Of a stretch of 27,728 bases of DNA, positions 19,087 through 26,217 are shown piece after piece. Location of the stretch: the IMG/VR virus record IMGVR_UViG_3300024294_000046, positions 1-27,728 of that record. The stretch is one strand, 5' to 3'. The position numbers were made by a program, and so were the translations under genes. The DNA is from a virus. Taxonomy: Duplodnaviria; Caudoviricetes. Each line of letters begins with the position of its first letter. The first letter of the stretch is position 1. The notes under the pieces were generated by a model. It had not been told where the DNA came from and did not search any database. It saw nothing but the letters and a program-made list of their open reading frames with translations.

Positions 19087-19614
19087 ATGAAAAACAAAAA
19101 AGAAGAATTCATTCCATATAGAGATTATGGATTTAATCACACACTTAATTTGGTATTATCATTCATCAATATGTATGGAAATACCTATGCATCTAATAAA
19201 CACATATCAGAAAGGTTGAAGATTTCTATTTCAACAATCTCAAGAACATTAAAGAAACTTGAGGAGAGTAATTACATTAAAATATACAATCCAAATGGTA
19301 GAAGTAGGTTCATCAAATTGATTACCCAACCTAATCAAAATGAAGAGAACATAGTCAATATGACTAACATACCTAATCAAAATGAGGAGGTTAACCTAAT
19401 CAAAATGACTAACAATAAGAAAGAGAACAATAAAGTAAAAAAGAAAGTTTATAATAAAGCATATAAGAAAGCTGAAGAGGTAGTAGAAGAGATTTTTATG
19501 GAACCTATTAAAAAAGATGAATTAGATTTACATGATTTACAAAATAGACTTAGTGAGCCTAATGATTATATTGATGAACTTTTAAATAAAAAACTTTCTT
19601 CAACAATTGATTAA
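19087..19614 (+). CDS. Winged-HTH replication initiator (lambda O / DnaD-type architecture)
   Basis: N-terminal YASNKHISERLKISISTISRTLKKLEESNYI helix-turn-helix; central low-complexity linker encoded by iterons. Confidence 0.75.
   Translation: MKNKKEEFIPYRDYGFNHTLNLVLSFINMYGNTYASNKHISERLKISISTISRTLKKLEESNYIKIYNPNGRSRFIKLITQPNQNEENIVNMTNIPNQNEEVNLIKMTNNKKENNKVKKKVYNKAYKKAEEVVEEIFMEPIKKDELDLHDLQNRLSEPNDYIDELLNKKLSSTID
19329..19408. repeat. Four 15-bp iterons (putative replication origin)
   Basis: ACCTAATCAAAATGA at 19329, 19371 and 19394; variant ACATAGTCAATATGA at 19349; followed by an A-rich tract. Confidence 0.8.
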
Positions 19615-19635
19615 CCAAAATAAATAAATTATATT
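19607..19635 (+). promoter_or_regulatory. Sigma70-like promoter TTGATT-N17-TATATT
   Basis: Exact 17-nt spacer, 20 nt upstream of the ATG at 19656. Confidence 0.45.
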
Positions 19636-19655
19636 ATTAAAAAGACAAAAGAATT

Positions 19656-19931
19656 ATGAGCAACAATGAACCATTAAAAACAAGAATATTTGACTTAGAG
19701 AGCCAAATAACTTCTTCTCAACCTACAGATGTAGGTGTTGAAGACATTACATTGAGTATTGATACATTTACCAACAGAAAAGGATTAGAACAAAAAGTTT
19801 ACAGGTATACAATACTTGGAGAAGAGATTAAGACTAATGTTCAAGTTTCTGACAATGAGTTAGAACAAATCAAGAAAGTGTTATTAGAACAGAGAGAGGA
19901 TAAGAAAAACAATATCAAAAGAAAGAGATGA
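19656..19931 (+). CDS. Hypothetical protein
   Basis: 91 aa ORF; ATGA overlap with the next gene. Confidence 0.7.
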   Translation: MSNNEPLKTRIFDLESQITSSQPTDVGVEDITLSIDTFTNRKGLEQKVYRYTILGEEIKTNVQVSDNELEQIKKVLLEQREDKKNNIKRKR

Positions 19932-20143
19932 TAACATTAGATTTACAAAAAGAAGATGTAGAGGCAGTATTAGATACCATAGCTACAAAGATGAATAACA
20001 TTCTCAACTATGATGAAGAGAAAGTTGATGAGACAACCAAACAAGCATATATTTCTAGTTATCAAAAATTAGGAGACAATATTTACCAACAATTACTAAA
20101 ACAAACAGAAAATGAGCAGCAACACCCAACAACAGATAATTAG
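19928..20143 (+). CDS. Hypothetical protein
   Basis: 71 aa ORF, translationally coupled to the previous gene. Confidence 0.7.
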   Translation: MITLDLQKEDVEAVLDTIATKMNNILNYDEEKVDETTKQAYISSYQKLGDNIYQQLLKQTENEQQHPTTDN

Positions 20144-20327
20144 ACAAAGTTCACTAACAAGGTCATTAGAGTTCTTTAGAGAGAAAAACTTACAACCTTC
20201 CTTAACAGACATAGTATTATGTGCTGATGTCCTCACAGAGTGGGTTGAAACAGGTTCTATCAAGAGAATAAGAGAGTTAGATAACCATTATTTATTTGAT
20301 AGTATATTAGAAAGGTCAAAATCCTAA
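20112..20327 (+). CDS. Hypothetical protein with IIRQSSL motif
   Basis: 71 aa; QQQIIRQSSL..SLEF motif that I recall from other phage proteins; function unknown. Confidence 0.65.
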   Translation: MSSNTQQQIIRQSSLTRSLEFFREKNLQPSLTDIVLCADVLTEWVETGSIKRIRELDNHYLFDSILERSKS

Positions 20328-20361
20328 GACTTTAAAATTGGATTGTTTTTATATATAGGTT

Positions 20362-20407
20362 AAGAGAGTAATTTGAATTGTTGTTTCATTTTACTCTCTT
20401 TTTTTTT
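20362..20407 (+). terminator. Intrinsic terminator with a long loop
   Basis: AAGAGAGTAA (20362-20371) pairs with TTACTCTCTT (20391-20400); T-run continues to 20407. Confidence 0.8.
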
Positions 20408-20435
20408 GGCAGTATCAGAAAAAGTATTATCTTTG
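20405..20435 (+). promoter_or_regulatory. Bacteroidota sigmaA-type promoter TTTG-N19-TATCTTTG
   Basis: Matches the established -33 TTTG / -7 TAnnTTTG consensus; duplicated at 20689. Confidence 0.8.
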
Positions 20436-20463
20436 TATCTCACTTAAAAACCTATATAACATT

Positions 20464-20682
20464 ATGAGAAAAAGAAAATCAGTAATCATTGATTACCCAA
20501 TCCAAACCACACTTACAACTTATAAAACCTTCAAATCAGATGAAGAAAGAGAAAATTGGTTTCACTCAACCATAAAGAGAAAACCTGAATTTGATAATTC
20601 ATATCATCATTGGTCTGACTATGTTGTTGAATTAGTTAAACCTTTAGGTCCTAATACTGAATATTGGGTAATAGGTTCATAA
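20464..20682 (+). CDS. Hypothetical early protein
   Basis: 72 aa ORF directly downstream of a host-type promoter. Confidence 0.7.
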   Translation: MRKRKSVIIDYPIQTTLTTYKTFKSDEERENWFHSTIKRKPEFDNSYHHWSDYVVELVKPLGPNTEYWVIGS

Positions 20683-20688
20683 AATAAA

Positions 20689-20720
20689 TTTGGCAGTCTA
20701 ATATATTCACCTTATCTTTG
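20689..20720 (+). promoter_or_regulatory. Bacteroidota sigmaA-type promoter TTTG-N20-TATCTTTG
   Basis: Shares TTTGGCAGT...TTATCTTTGTATCTCAC...TTAAAAAC with the 20405 promoter. Confidence 0.8.
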
Positions 20721-20747
20721 TATCTCACAATTAAAAACAACAACATT

Positions 20748-20828
20748 ATGAACAACACATTTTTTACTGAAGAAGAAATCCACTACCTCAACTCACTAGC
20801 ACTTGATATTAAACCTAAAAACAAGTAA
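20748..20828 (+). CDS. 26-aa early mini-protein missing from the ORF track
   Basis: MNNTFFTEEEIHYLNSLALDIKPKNK*; first ATG after the promoter, with the same AACATTATG start context as 20464. Confidence 0.6.
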   Translation: MNNTFFTEEEIHYLNSLALDIKPKNK

Positions 20829-20832
20829 TACT

Positions 20833-21081
20833 ATGACAGACACTTATTCAAGAATGACAGACATCACAATGGAAGAATTACTAATAGACCTTATGTCTGA
20901 TTACAGAGACTATCTCCAAGATGATGGGGTAAAGGATGAAATCCTTGAGAAGTTCTATGACAACCCTTGTTTCACACTCTCAGGTATGACTAAGGAACAT
21001 GTATACAACTTTCACAACAGACTATCAAAAACATATGATGTGGTTGCTGAGTTGGAAGTAGAATTTGACTTACCATTTTAA
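20833..21081 (+). CDS. Hypothetical early protein (82 aa; ATG 20833 preferred over TTG 20803)
   Basis: ATG lies 4 nt after the mini-ORF stop; acidic C-terminus ending DLPF. Confidence 0.7.
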   Translation: MTDTYSRMTDITMEELLIDLMSDYRDYLQDDGVKDEILEKFYDNPCFTLSGMTKEHVYNFHNRLSKTYDVVAELEVEFDLPF

Positions 21082-21100
21082 TCAAAAAAATAACAAACAT

Positions 21101-21400
21101 ATGAAAAGATTTGCTACACTAAGAAATGTTCCATGTATGAGAAAAATCAATAACCCTGGTTTAAAAGTGGATGAACTATATAACTTTAAAAATTGGGGAT
21201 TGATTAACTATCATTTTAATTATCATAGGTATTTCCTACCATCAAATTGTGAATATACAACAACAAACCCTGTATATACCAATGAGGGTAATTTTGAGTT
21301 TGAGTTATGGGATGAGGGTAAACATATAGGAAACTATATTATAGAAAAAAATGATTTAAACCTTATTATAGATTATGAGGTTATAAAAGAAAATATATAA
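21101..21400 (+). CDS. Hypothetical early protein (99 aa; ATG 21101 preferred over TTG 21065)
   Basis: A-rich leader AAAAAAATAACAAACAT before the ATG. Confidence 0.7.
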   Translation: MKRFATLRNVPCMRKINNPGLKVDELYNFKNWGLINYHFNYHRYFLPSNCEYTTTNPVYTNEGNFEFELWDEGKHIGNYIIEKNDLNLIIDYEVIKENI

Positions 21401-21423
21401 AGAGGTTTGTTTTAAGTGGAAAT

Positions 21424-21452
21424 AGGAGGACAGAAATGTTCTCCTTTTTTTT
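21424..21452 (+). terminator. Intrinsic terminator
   Basis: AGGAGGACA, GAAA tetraloop, TGTTCTCCT, then a T-run. Confidence 0.88.
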
Positions 21453-21461
21453 GTCATATAC

Positions 21462-21490
21462 TTGACACTTACAATCCCAATGTGTATACT
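21462..21490 (+). promoter_or_regulatory. Sigma70-consensus-like promoter TTGACA-N17-TATACT
   Basis: Perfect -35, 5/6 -10, 17-nt spacer, immediately after a terminator. Confidence 0.6.
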
Positions 21491-21496
21491 ATTATT

Positions 21497-21580
21497 ATTA
21501 GACTTGTTTCTGCCATTACAAGTTTGAATAGTTTAAATTGTTATACAAAGAAGAGGAGACCACACATCTCCTCTTTTTTT
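21497..21580 (+). ncRNA. Putative ~84-nt small RNA
   Basis: Own promoter, 10-bp 5' hairpin (21498-21527), U-rich linker and terminator; no ATG on the + strand inside the unit. Confidence 0.55.
21551..21580 (+). terminator. Intrinsic terminator
   Basis: AAGAGGAGA, loop CCACACA, TCTCCTCTT, then a T-run. Confidence 0.88.
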
Positions 21581-21587
21581 ATGCTTA

Positions 21588-21616
21588 TTGATTAAATAAA
21601 CTAACTTTTGTATTAT
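21588..21616 (+). promoter_or_regulatory. Sigma70-like promoter TTGATT-N17-TATTAT
   Basis: 17-nt spacer, just after a terminator and 20 nt upstream of the ATG at 21637; would drive the nuclease operon. Confidence 0.45.
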
Positions 21617-21636
21617 TAGTAGATACTTATAGATAT

Positions 21637-21828
21637 ATGATATTTGATAAACACCAGTGGAGGTCCTTCTCAATGTGGATAAGGGAACCAAAAAACCAAG
21701 AAGAGATTAAAGTGTTCCAAGAACATTTGAATACATTATACCCTGAAATCAAGGAAGACCCTGATTGGATATTGAAGAAGTATAGGAATAAATATAATTG
21801 GTTGAGTAATTATCAACCTAAAAAGTAA
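21637..21828 (+). CDS. Hypothetical protein
   Basis: 63 aa Trp-rich ORF ending 3 nt before the nuclease gene. Confidence 0.65.
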   Translation: MIFDKHQWRSFSMWIREPKNQEEIKVFQEHLNTLYPEIKEDPDWILKKYRNKYNWLSNYQPKK

Positions 21829-21831
21829 TAT

Positions 21832-22356
21832 ATGGATTGGAATACTAGAAAAACTATAGGAGATAAAGTAGAAGGTGATATTGCAAGATTGTATGTGGAT
21901 TATGAACCTCAATTTCAAATTAAGTATGATAGTGTCAGTGGTATGAATAAGTGGAACCCTGATTATTATATGATGGATAAATGGATTAAATTAGGTCATG
22001 ATGAAACCAAAGCACCTGATTTCTACTTTAAAAAATTAGACATCTATGCTGATGCTAAGAATTCAATTCAGATTATTAAGAAATCAAACATAGACCATTA
22101 CTATGAGATGGGTCATTTAGGTAATAAGAGAACCTTTCTAATGGTTAAACAGGAGAACAGAGGGTTTTGTATGGTTGATGTAAAAGAACTTCAGGAGGAG
22201 GTATTAAATAATGTTATATGGAACCCACCAATAGATGATTTTATAAAAGTGGATGGTAAATCAATGGGTGCTATAACAGAGGAATACATTGATGTGATGA
22301 GAGATTACCCACAAATATTAGAAATGTGTATACCATTTAATGAACTATTTACATAG
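21832..22356 (+). CDS. PD-(D/E)XK superfamily (restriction endonuclease-like) nuclease
   Basis: N-terminal helix GDKVE..IA, then APDFYFKKLDIYADAK, i.e. PD-x10-D-A-K catalytic spacing. Confidence 0.6.
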   Translation: MDWNTRKTIGDKVEGDIARLYVDYEPQFQIKYDSVSGMNKWNPDYYMMDKWIKLGHDETKAPDFYFKKLDIYADAKNSIQIIKKSNIDHYYEMGHLGNKRTFLMVKQENRGFCMVDVKELQEEVLNNVIWNPPIDDFIKVDGKSMGAITEEYIDVMRDYPQILEMCIPFNELFT

Positions 22357-22369
22357 TCAACAGGTAATT

Positions 22370-22377
22370 TATATTTA
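22370..22377 (+). promoter_or_regulatory. TATATTTA putative late promoter element (would give a leaderless transcript)
   Basis: Recurring octamer only 3 nt before the ATG at 22381. Confidence 0.4.
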
Positions 22378-22380
22378 ACT

Positions 22381-22734
22381 ATGACAGAAGCAGTTTTTAA
22401 TGAAATGATTAGGAAGATGATTACTCTGAATAAGACTAACATGAACTATAATCCATTTAAACATCAAATCAGGTCAGGTATAATGATGACAAACATTATC
22501 AATGATTTAAATGATGTGTTAAATTTTGTCTTAATTACATACAATATCTCACCAGATGATAAGAGGTATCTAGATGTTTCAGAAAGAGTATTTGGTATTG
22601 TAAGGGAACAAATAAAAATAGAGGTCTCAGAAGAGAACTATGAGTTTGCATACATTCTATCAAATGCATATAAAAAGTGGATAGAGCAGGTCAATGATTA
22701 CATTGATGAAACATGGGAAGGTTATGACAAATAA
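22381..22734 (+). CDS. Hypothetical protein with a UVR-like helical motif
   Basis: 117 aa; EVSEENYEFAYIL resembles the UvrB/C coiled-coil E.YE.A motif. Confidence 0.55.
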   Translation: MTEAVFNEMIRKMITLNKTNMNYNPFKHQIRSGIMMTNIINDLNDVLNFVLITYNISPDDKRYLDVSERVFGIVREQIKIEVSEENYEFAYILSNAYKKWIEQVNDYIDETWEGYDK

Positions 22735-23236
22735 TGTTAACAAATGGATATCTAATAACTACAAAGATATCTCACAGATGTCTAAGAATATAACAAAGGG
22801 TCATAATGACTCAGATGAGTTATTACATAATTGTTTGGAACAACTAATGTCAAAATCAGAACAATTGGAAAATCTAAAAGACAAGGAACTCAAATGGTTC
22901 TTCTCAAGGATACTTTATACCAATTGGAATAGTAAGACCTCACCATATCATTATCAGTTCAGGAAACACTTCCAAAATACCTCAGAGTTATTGTTTGACC
23001 CTAGTGTTGATAATCCAAATGAGGAGATAGATAATAAGAAGATTGTAGAACAACAATTAATAGAAATAGACTTGGTGTTAAGAGACCTTAGATGGTTTGA
23101 CAGAGCTCTATTCAATAAATACTATTATGAAGGATATTCTTATCAGAGATTAGCAAACAAAACAGGAATATCTTATCATACCATAGCTTCAACCATAAGA
23201 AGGGTGAAGAGAATAATAAAACAAAAGTTATGTTAA
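22724..23236 (+). CDS. ECF-like RNA polymerase sigma factor (start probably 22724)
   Basis: Region-2-like NDSDELLHNCLEQL...KWFFSRILYTN and region-4 HTH LRWFDRALFNKYYYEGYSYQRLANKTGISYHTIASTIRRVKRIIK. Confidence 0.75.
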   Translation: MTNNVNKWISNNYKDISQMSKNITKGHNDSDELLHNCLEQLMSKSEQLENLKDKELKWFFSRILYTNWNSKTSPYHYQFRKHFQNTSELLFDPSVDNPNEEIDNKKIVEQQLIEIDLVLRDLRWFDRALFNKYYYEGYSYQRLANKTGISYHTIASTIRRVKRIIKQKLC

Positions 23237-23304
23237 ACATAATACTATTAACCCTATTGGTATTATCAGGGGTTAGAATAATCACAGAAATAAAAACAGA
23301 ATAA
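23230..23304 (+). CDS. 24-aa hydrophobic mini-protein missing from the ORF track
   Basis: MLNIILLTLLVLSGVRIITEIKTE*; overlaps the sigma stop and ends 2 nt before the next ATG. Confidence 0.5.
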   Translation: MLNIILLTLLVLSGVRIITEIKTE

Positions 23305-23306
23305 CT

Positions 23307-23603
23307 ATGGGATGTGGATGTAAATCAAGAAAGGGTCAAGACCAATTTAAAGGATTGGAGATTAGGGAAACAAGATGGACCAAAAAGTTAATAACTGAAA
23401 CTCTGTATATGTATAATGAATTGTTAAACAAGAAATCCAAAACATTAGAAGAGTGGGGGATTATCTTTCATATACATAATAAGATATTTGTCAACTCAAC
23501 AATGACTGACACATTGAATATCAAACAGAGAGTTATTATACAGAAAAACCTAAACAACTTCTATAAAGAGTTTGAAAAAATAAATACCAATGAGCAAGGA
23601 TAA
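23307..23603 (+). CDS. Hypothetical protein with MGCGCK N-terminus
   Basis: 98 aa ORF overlapping the TerS start. Confidence 0.65.
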   Translation: MGCGCKSRKGQDQFKGLEIRETRWTKKLITETLYMYNELLNKKSKTLEEWGIIFHIHNKIFVNSTMTDTLNIKQRVIIQKNLNNFYKEFEKINTNEQG

Positions 23604-24006
23604 ACCAAAGAAGAAAAGAAAGACAGGTCCAAAGTTTACAAAAGCACAGAGAGAACAAGTGGTGAATACCTGTATGGAGAAGATACTCTATGAACACTAC
23701 AATTGGAATGAGTTCTGTCAATGGATAAGAAGTGAACATGATATCATAGATGGAAATAAATTTTGGGTATATGCTTGGGAAAAGATAAGAAGTCAATTCT
23801 CAGATGAGAGAGAAGATATGATGCAGAAAGTATTACACTTATTATTTGACCTGAACAAAAGAGGAAGAAAAGATGATGATAAGAAAATAGAATTGGATAC
23901 CATAAAAGAATTGTCAAAGATTATGGGTATATACCAAACTCAAGTCCTATCAGTATCAAGTGATGGAAATGGTAAAGTGGACATTAAATTGGACTTAGGA
24001 GACTAA
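23590..24006 (+). CDS. Terminase small subunit (positional call)
   Basis: 138 aa, basic N-terminus, helical, immediately upstream of TerL; ELSKIMG plus C-terminal beta tail. Confidence 0.6.
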   Translation: MSKDKPKKKRKTGPKFTKAQREQVVNTCMEKILYEHYNWNEFCQWIRSEHDIIDGNKFWVYAWEKIRSQFSDEREDMMQKVLHLLFDLNKRGRKDDDKKIELDTIKELSKIMGIYQTQVLSVSSDGNGKVDIKLDLGD

Positions 24007-24035
24007 ATACAAAGTTAAAAAGATAATTACAAGTT

Positions 24036-25361
24036 ATGGTTGTAAATCCTGAACTATTACCTAAACAAAAAATAGCTTTTAGAAAGTTAATTGATGACAC
24101 TACAACAGAGGTTCTCTATGGTGGTGGAGTTGGTGGTGGTAAATCTTATTTGGGTTGTATGTGGGTGATTATATCCTGTCTTCAATATGAGGGTATTAGA
24201 ATGTTGGTAGGAAGGAGTAAGTTAACACAATTAAAACTTACAACACTTAAGACCATGTTTGAGGTATTTGTAAATCTACAATTGAAGGAGGGAACACATT
24301 GGACATTCAATGGACAAACAAATGTATTCACATTCTATAATGGTTCAGAGATTATCTTAAAGGATTTATTCTTATACCCATCAGACCCTGAGTATGATTC
24401 CTTAGGTTCTTTAGAATTGACAGGAGGATTTGTGGATGAGGCATCACAGGTATCCTTCAAAGCATTTCAGGTAATCAAATCAAGATTTAGATATAAGATA
24501 AAAGAGTATGACATAACTCCAAAGATATTACTAACAACCAACCCATCACAGAATTGGTTGTATGAGTATTTCTATAAACCTGATAGGGATGGAGATTTGG
24601 AGGAGTATAAAACCTTTATACAATCCTTACCAACAGATAACCCACATTTACCTGAGAGTTATTTAAAGGAGTTAAAGAAACTACCTGAGGAAAGTAGGAA
24701 GAGGTTGTTGGAGGGTAATTGGGATTATGATAGTTCAATAGACCAGTTGTTCTCATACAATGATATCAACATGTGTTTCAATAATGATATGGAAGATGGT
24801 AGTTATTACATTACAGGGGATATAGCATCCTATGGTGATGACAGGTCTGTCTTATGTGTATGGAATGGTCTTAACCTCATCTCTATGGACATATTAACCC
24901 ATCAGTCTATACCTAACATAGTTGAGAAAATAAAGTCCCTTAAAACCTCTTATAATGTCCCATTAAAGAATATCATAGTGGATGCTGATGGATTGGGAAT
25001 TGGTGTTGTGGATTTGTTGAGGTGTAAAGGATTTAAGAATGGTTCAAGACCATTGAAGGAAGGGAACTACAACAATCTTAAATCACAATGTTATTTCTTA
25101 TTGTCAGAATATGTTAAGGATGGTAAGATTAATTTTGGTGATATGAAGATGAGTTTACAGGAACAATTATCAAAGGAGTTAATTGCTCATAGAATAAAGG
25201 ATGTGGATAAGGATGGTAAGAACCAAGTTATTCCAAAAGACCAAGTTAAGAAGAACATTGGTAAGTCTCCTGATATCTCAGATACCATAATGTTTAGGAT
25301 GTGGTATGAACTACAACCTAAGGGTAGGTATAAGATAATGTCAGGTGGAGGAGCCAGATAA
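24036..25361 (+). CDS. terL: Terminase large subunit
   Basis: Walker A GGGVGGGKS, Walker B FVDEA, coupling motif TTNP, RNaseH-like nuclease residues GDIA / VDADG / SPDISD. Confidence 0.96.
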   Translation: MVVNPELLPKQKIAFRKLIDDTTTEVLYGGGVGGGKSYLGCMWVIISCLQYEGIRMLVGRSKLTQLKLTTLKTMFEVFVNLQLKEGTHWTFNGQTNVFTFYNGSEIILKDLFLYPSDPEYDSLGSLELTGGFVDEASQVSFKAFQVIKSRFRYKIKEYDITPKILLTTNPSQNWLYEYFYKPDRDGDLEEYKTFIQSLPTDNPHLPESYLKELKKLPEESRKRLLEGNWDYDSSIDQLFSYNDINMCFNNDMEDGSYYITGDIASYGDDRSVLCVWNGLNLISMDILTHQSIPNIVEKIKSLKTSYNVPLKNIIVDADGLGIGVVDLLRCKGFKNGSRPLKEGNYNNLKSQCYFLLSEYVKDGKINFGDMKMSLQEQLSKELIAHRIKDVDKDGKNQVIPKDQVKKNIGKSPDISDTIMFRMWYELQPKGRYKIMSGGGAR

Positions 25362-25377
25362 TCAAAAATAAATTAAT

Positions 25378-25385
25378 TATATTTA
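25378..25385 (+). promoter_or_regulatory. TATATTTA putative late promoter element upstream of the tail chaperone
   Basis: Recurring octamer 5 nt before the ATG; TAATCAAAA upstream at the same spacing as at 7339. Confidence 0.5.
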
Positions 25386-25390
25386 AGAAT

Positions 25391-26217
25391 ATGAAAGTAG
25401 AGTTTAATATAGAAGGTGTAGATTATGTATTACCTGAGAAGATGACCATTGGTCAGTATCAAAAGATACAAGGTAAACAAGACATAATGGGGGTTGATAA
25501 GAGTTTATTTATCCTTTCAGTATTAACAGGGTGTCCAATACAGACACTAAGAAAGGTTAAGACAGAACACTCAGCAAGGTTGTTTAAGTATGCTGACCTA
25601 TTGTTTAAGGAAGAAGATACTACATACCAACAGACATTTACATTTCAGGAAAAGAACTATGGGTTTATACCCAACCTAAATGAGATTACATTGGGTGAGT
25701 ATATTGACTTGGACCACTTCATTACAGATGGGGTTGTTAAGAACCTACATAAGATTATAGCTATACTCTATAGACCACTTAAGTATGGTCAGAAGATAAT
25801 GGGTAAATATGTGTGGGATATTGATGAGTATTCAACAGAAGATTTTGAGGACAGAGCAAATCTGTTTAAGGATTTGGAAGTAGAGAAAGCATTCTCAGCT
25901 AGTAGTTTTTTTTTGCATACAGGGCTTCAATCTATAAAAGTTATGAAGGACTCTTTAGTGGAGGAGAAGATGAGCTTGGAGATGATGGAGAAGATACAGA
26001 AGTTAGAACTCTTGGTCAAGAAGATGGACCATCATTTAATGAACACTGGGGTTGGTATGGAGTCCTAATGAACTTGGTTGAAAGGGACTTCTCAAAGATG
26101 GAGGAGACACTTAAGAGACCTGTTAAAGAATGTCTAACATATCTTTCATATATGAAGGATTATAATAAAGAGATTGAAAAGGAACATAAGAAACAAGAAA
26201 TAAAAAATAGAAGATAA
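25391..26217 (+). CDS. Tail assembly chaperone: 225-aa frame-0 product (to 26068) and about 275-aa -1 frameshift product (to 26217)
   Basis: T9 slippery run at 25906-25914; the -1 frame stays open for 100 codons and ends in TAATG, overlapping the next start. Confidence 0.75.

Noticed and set aside
18807-19121. 104-aa ORF in the track
   Set aside because: It runs through a terminator, the putative sRNA and promoters, and overlaps a better-coupled 40-aa ORF and the initiator start.
19329-19408. Mini CRISPR array
   Set aside because: Repeats are 15 bp with 5-8 bp gaps and lie inside a coding region; they fit iterons.
21469-21516. Minus-strand 15-aa hydrophobic ORF MAETSLIIIVYTLGL as a type I toxin antisense to the sRNA
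   Set aside because: Very short, overlaps the promoter, and I see no convincing minus-strand promoter; cannot be separated from chance.
18860-21640. tRNA genes in the intergenic regions
   Set aside because: No cloverleaf or T-loop consensus seen; the usual TTCG T-loop cannot occur without CG.
5017-23796. Minus-strand ORFs in the track (5017, 7963, 10271, 10617, 10934, 11645, 11894, 12775, 15241, 21736, 23536) and the + ORF 13608-13805
   Set aside because: They lie within or opposite well-supported + strand genes and have shadow-frame composition.
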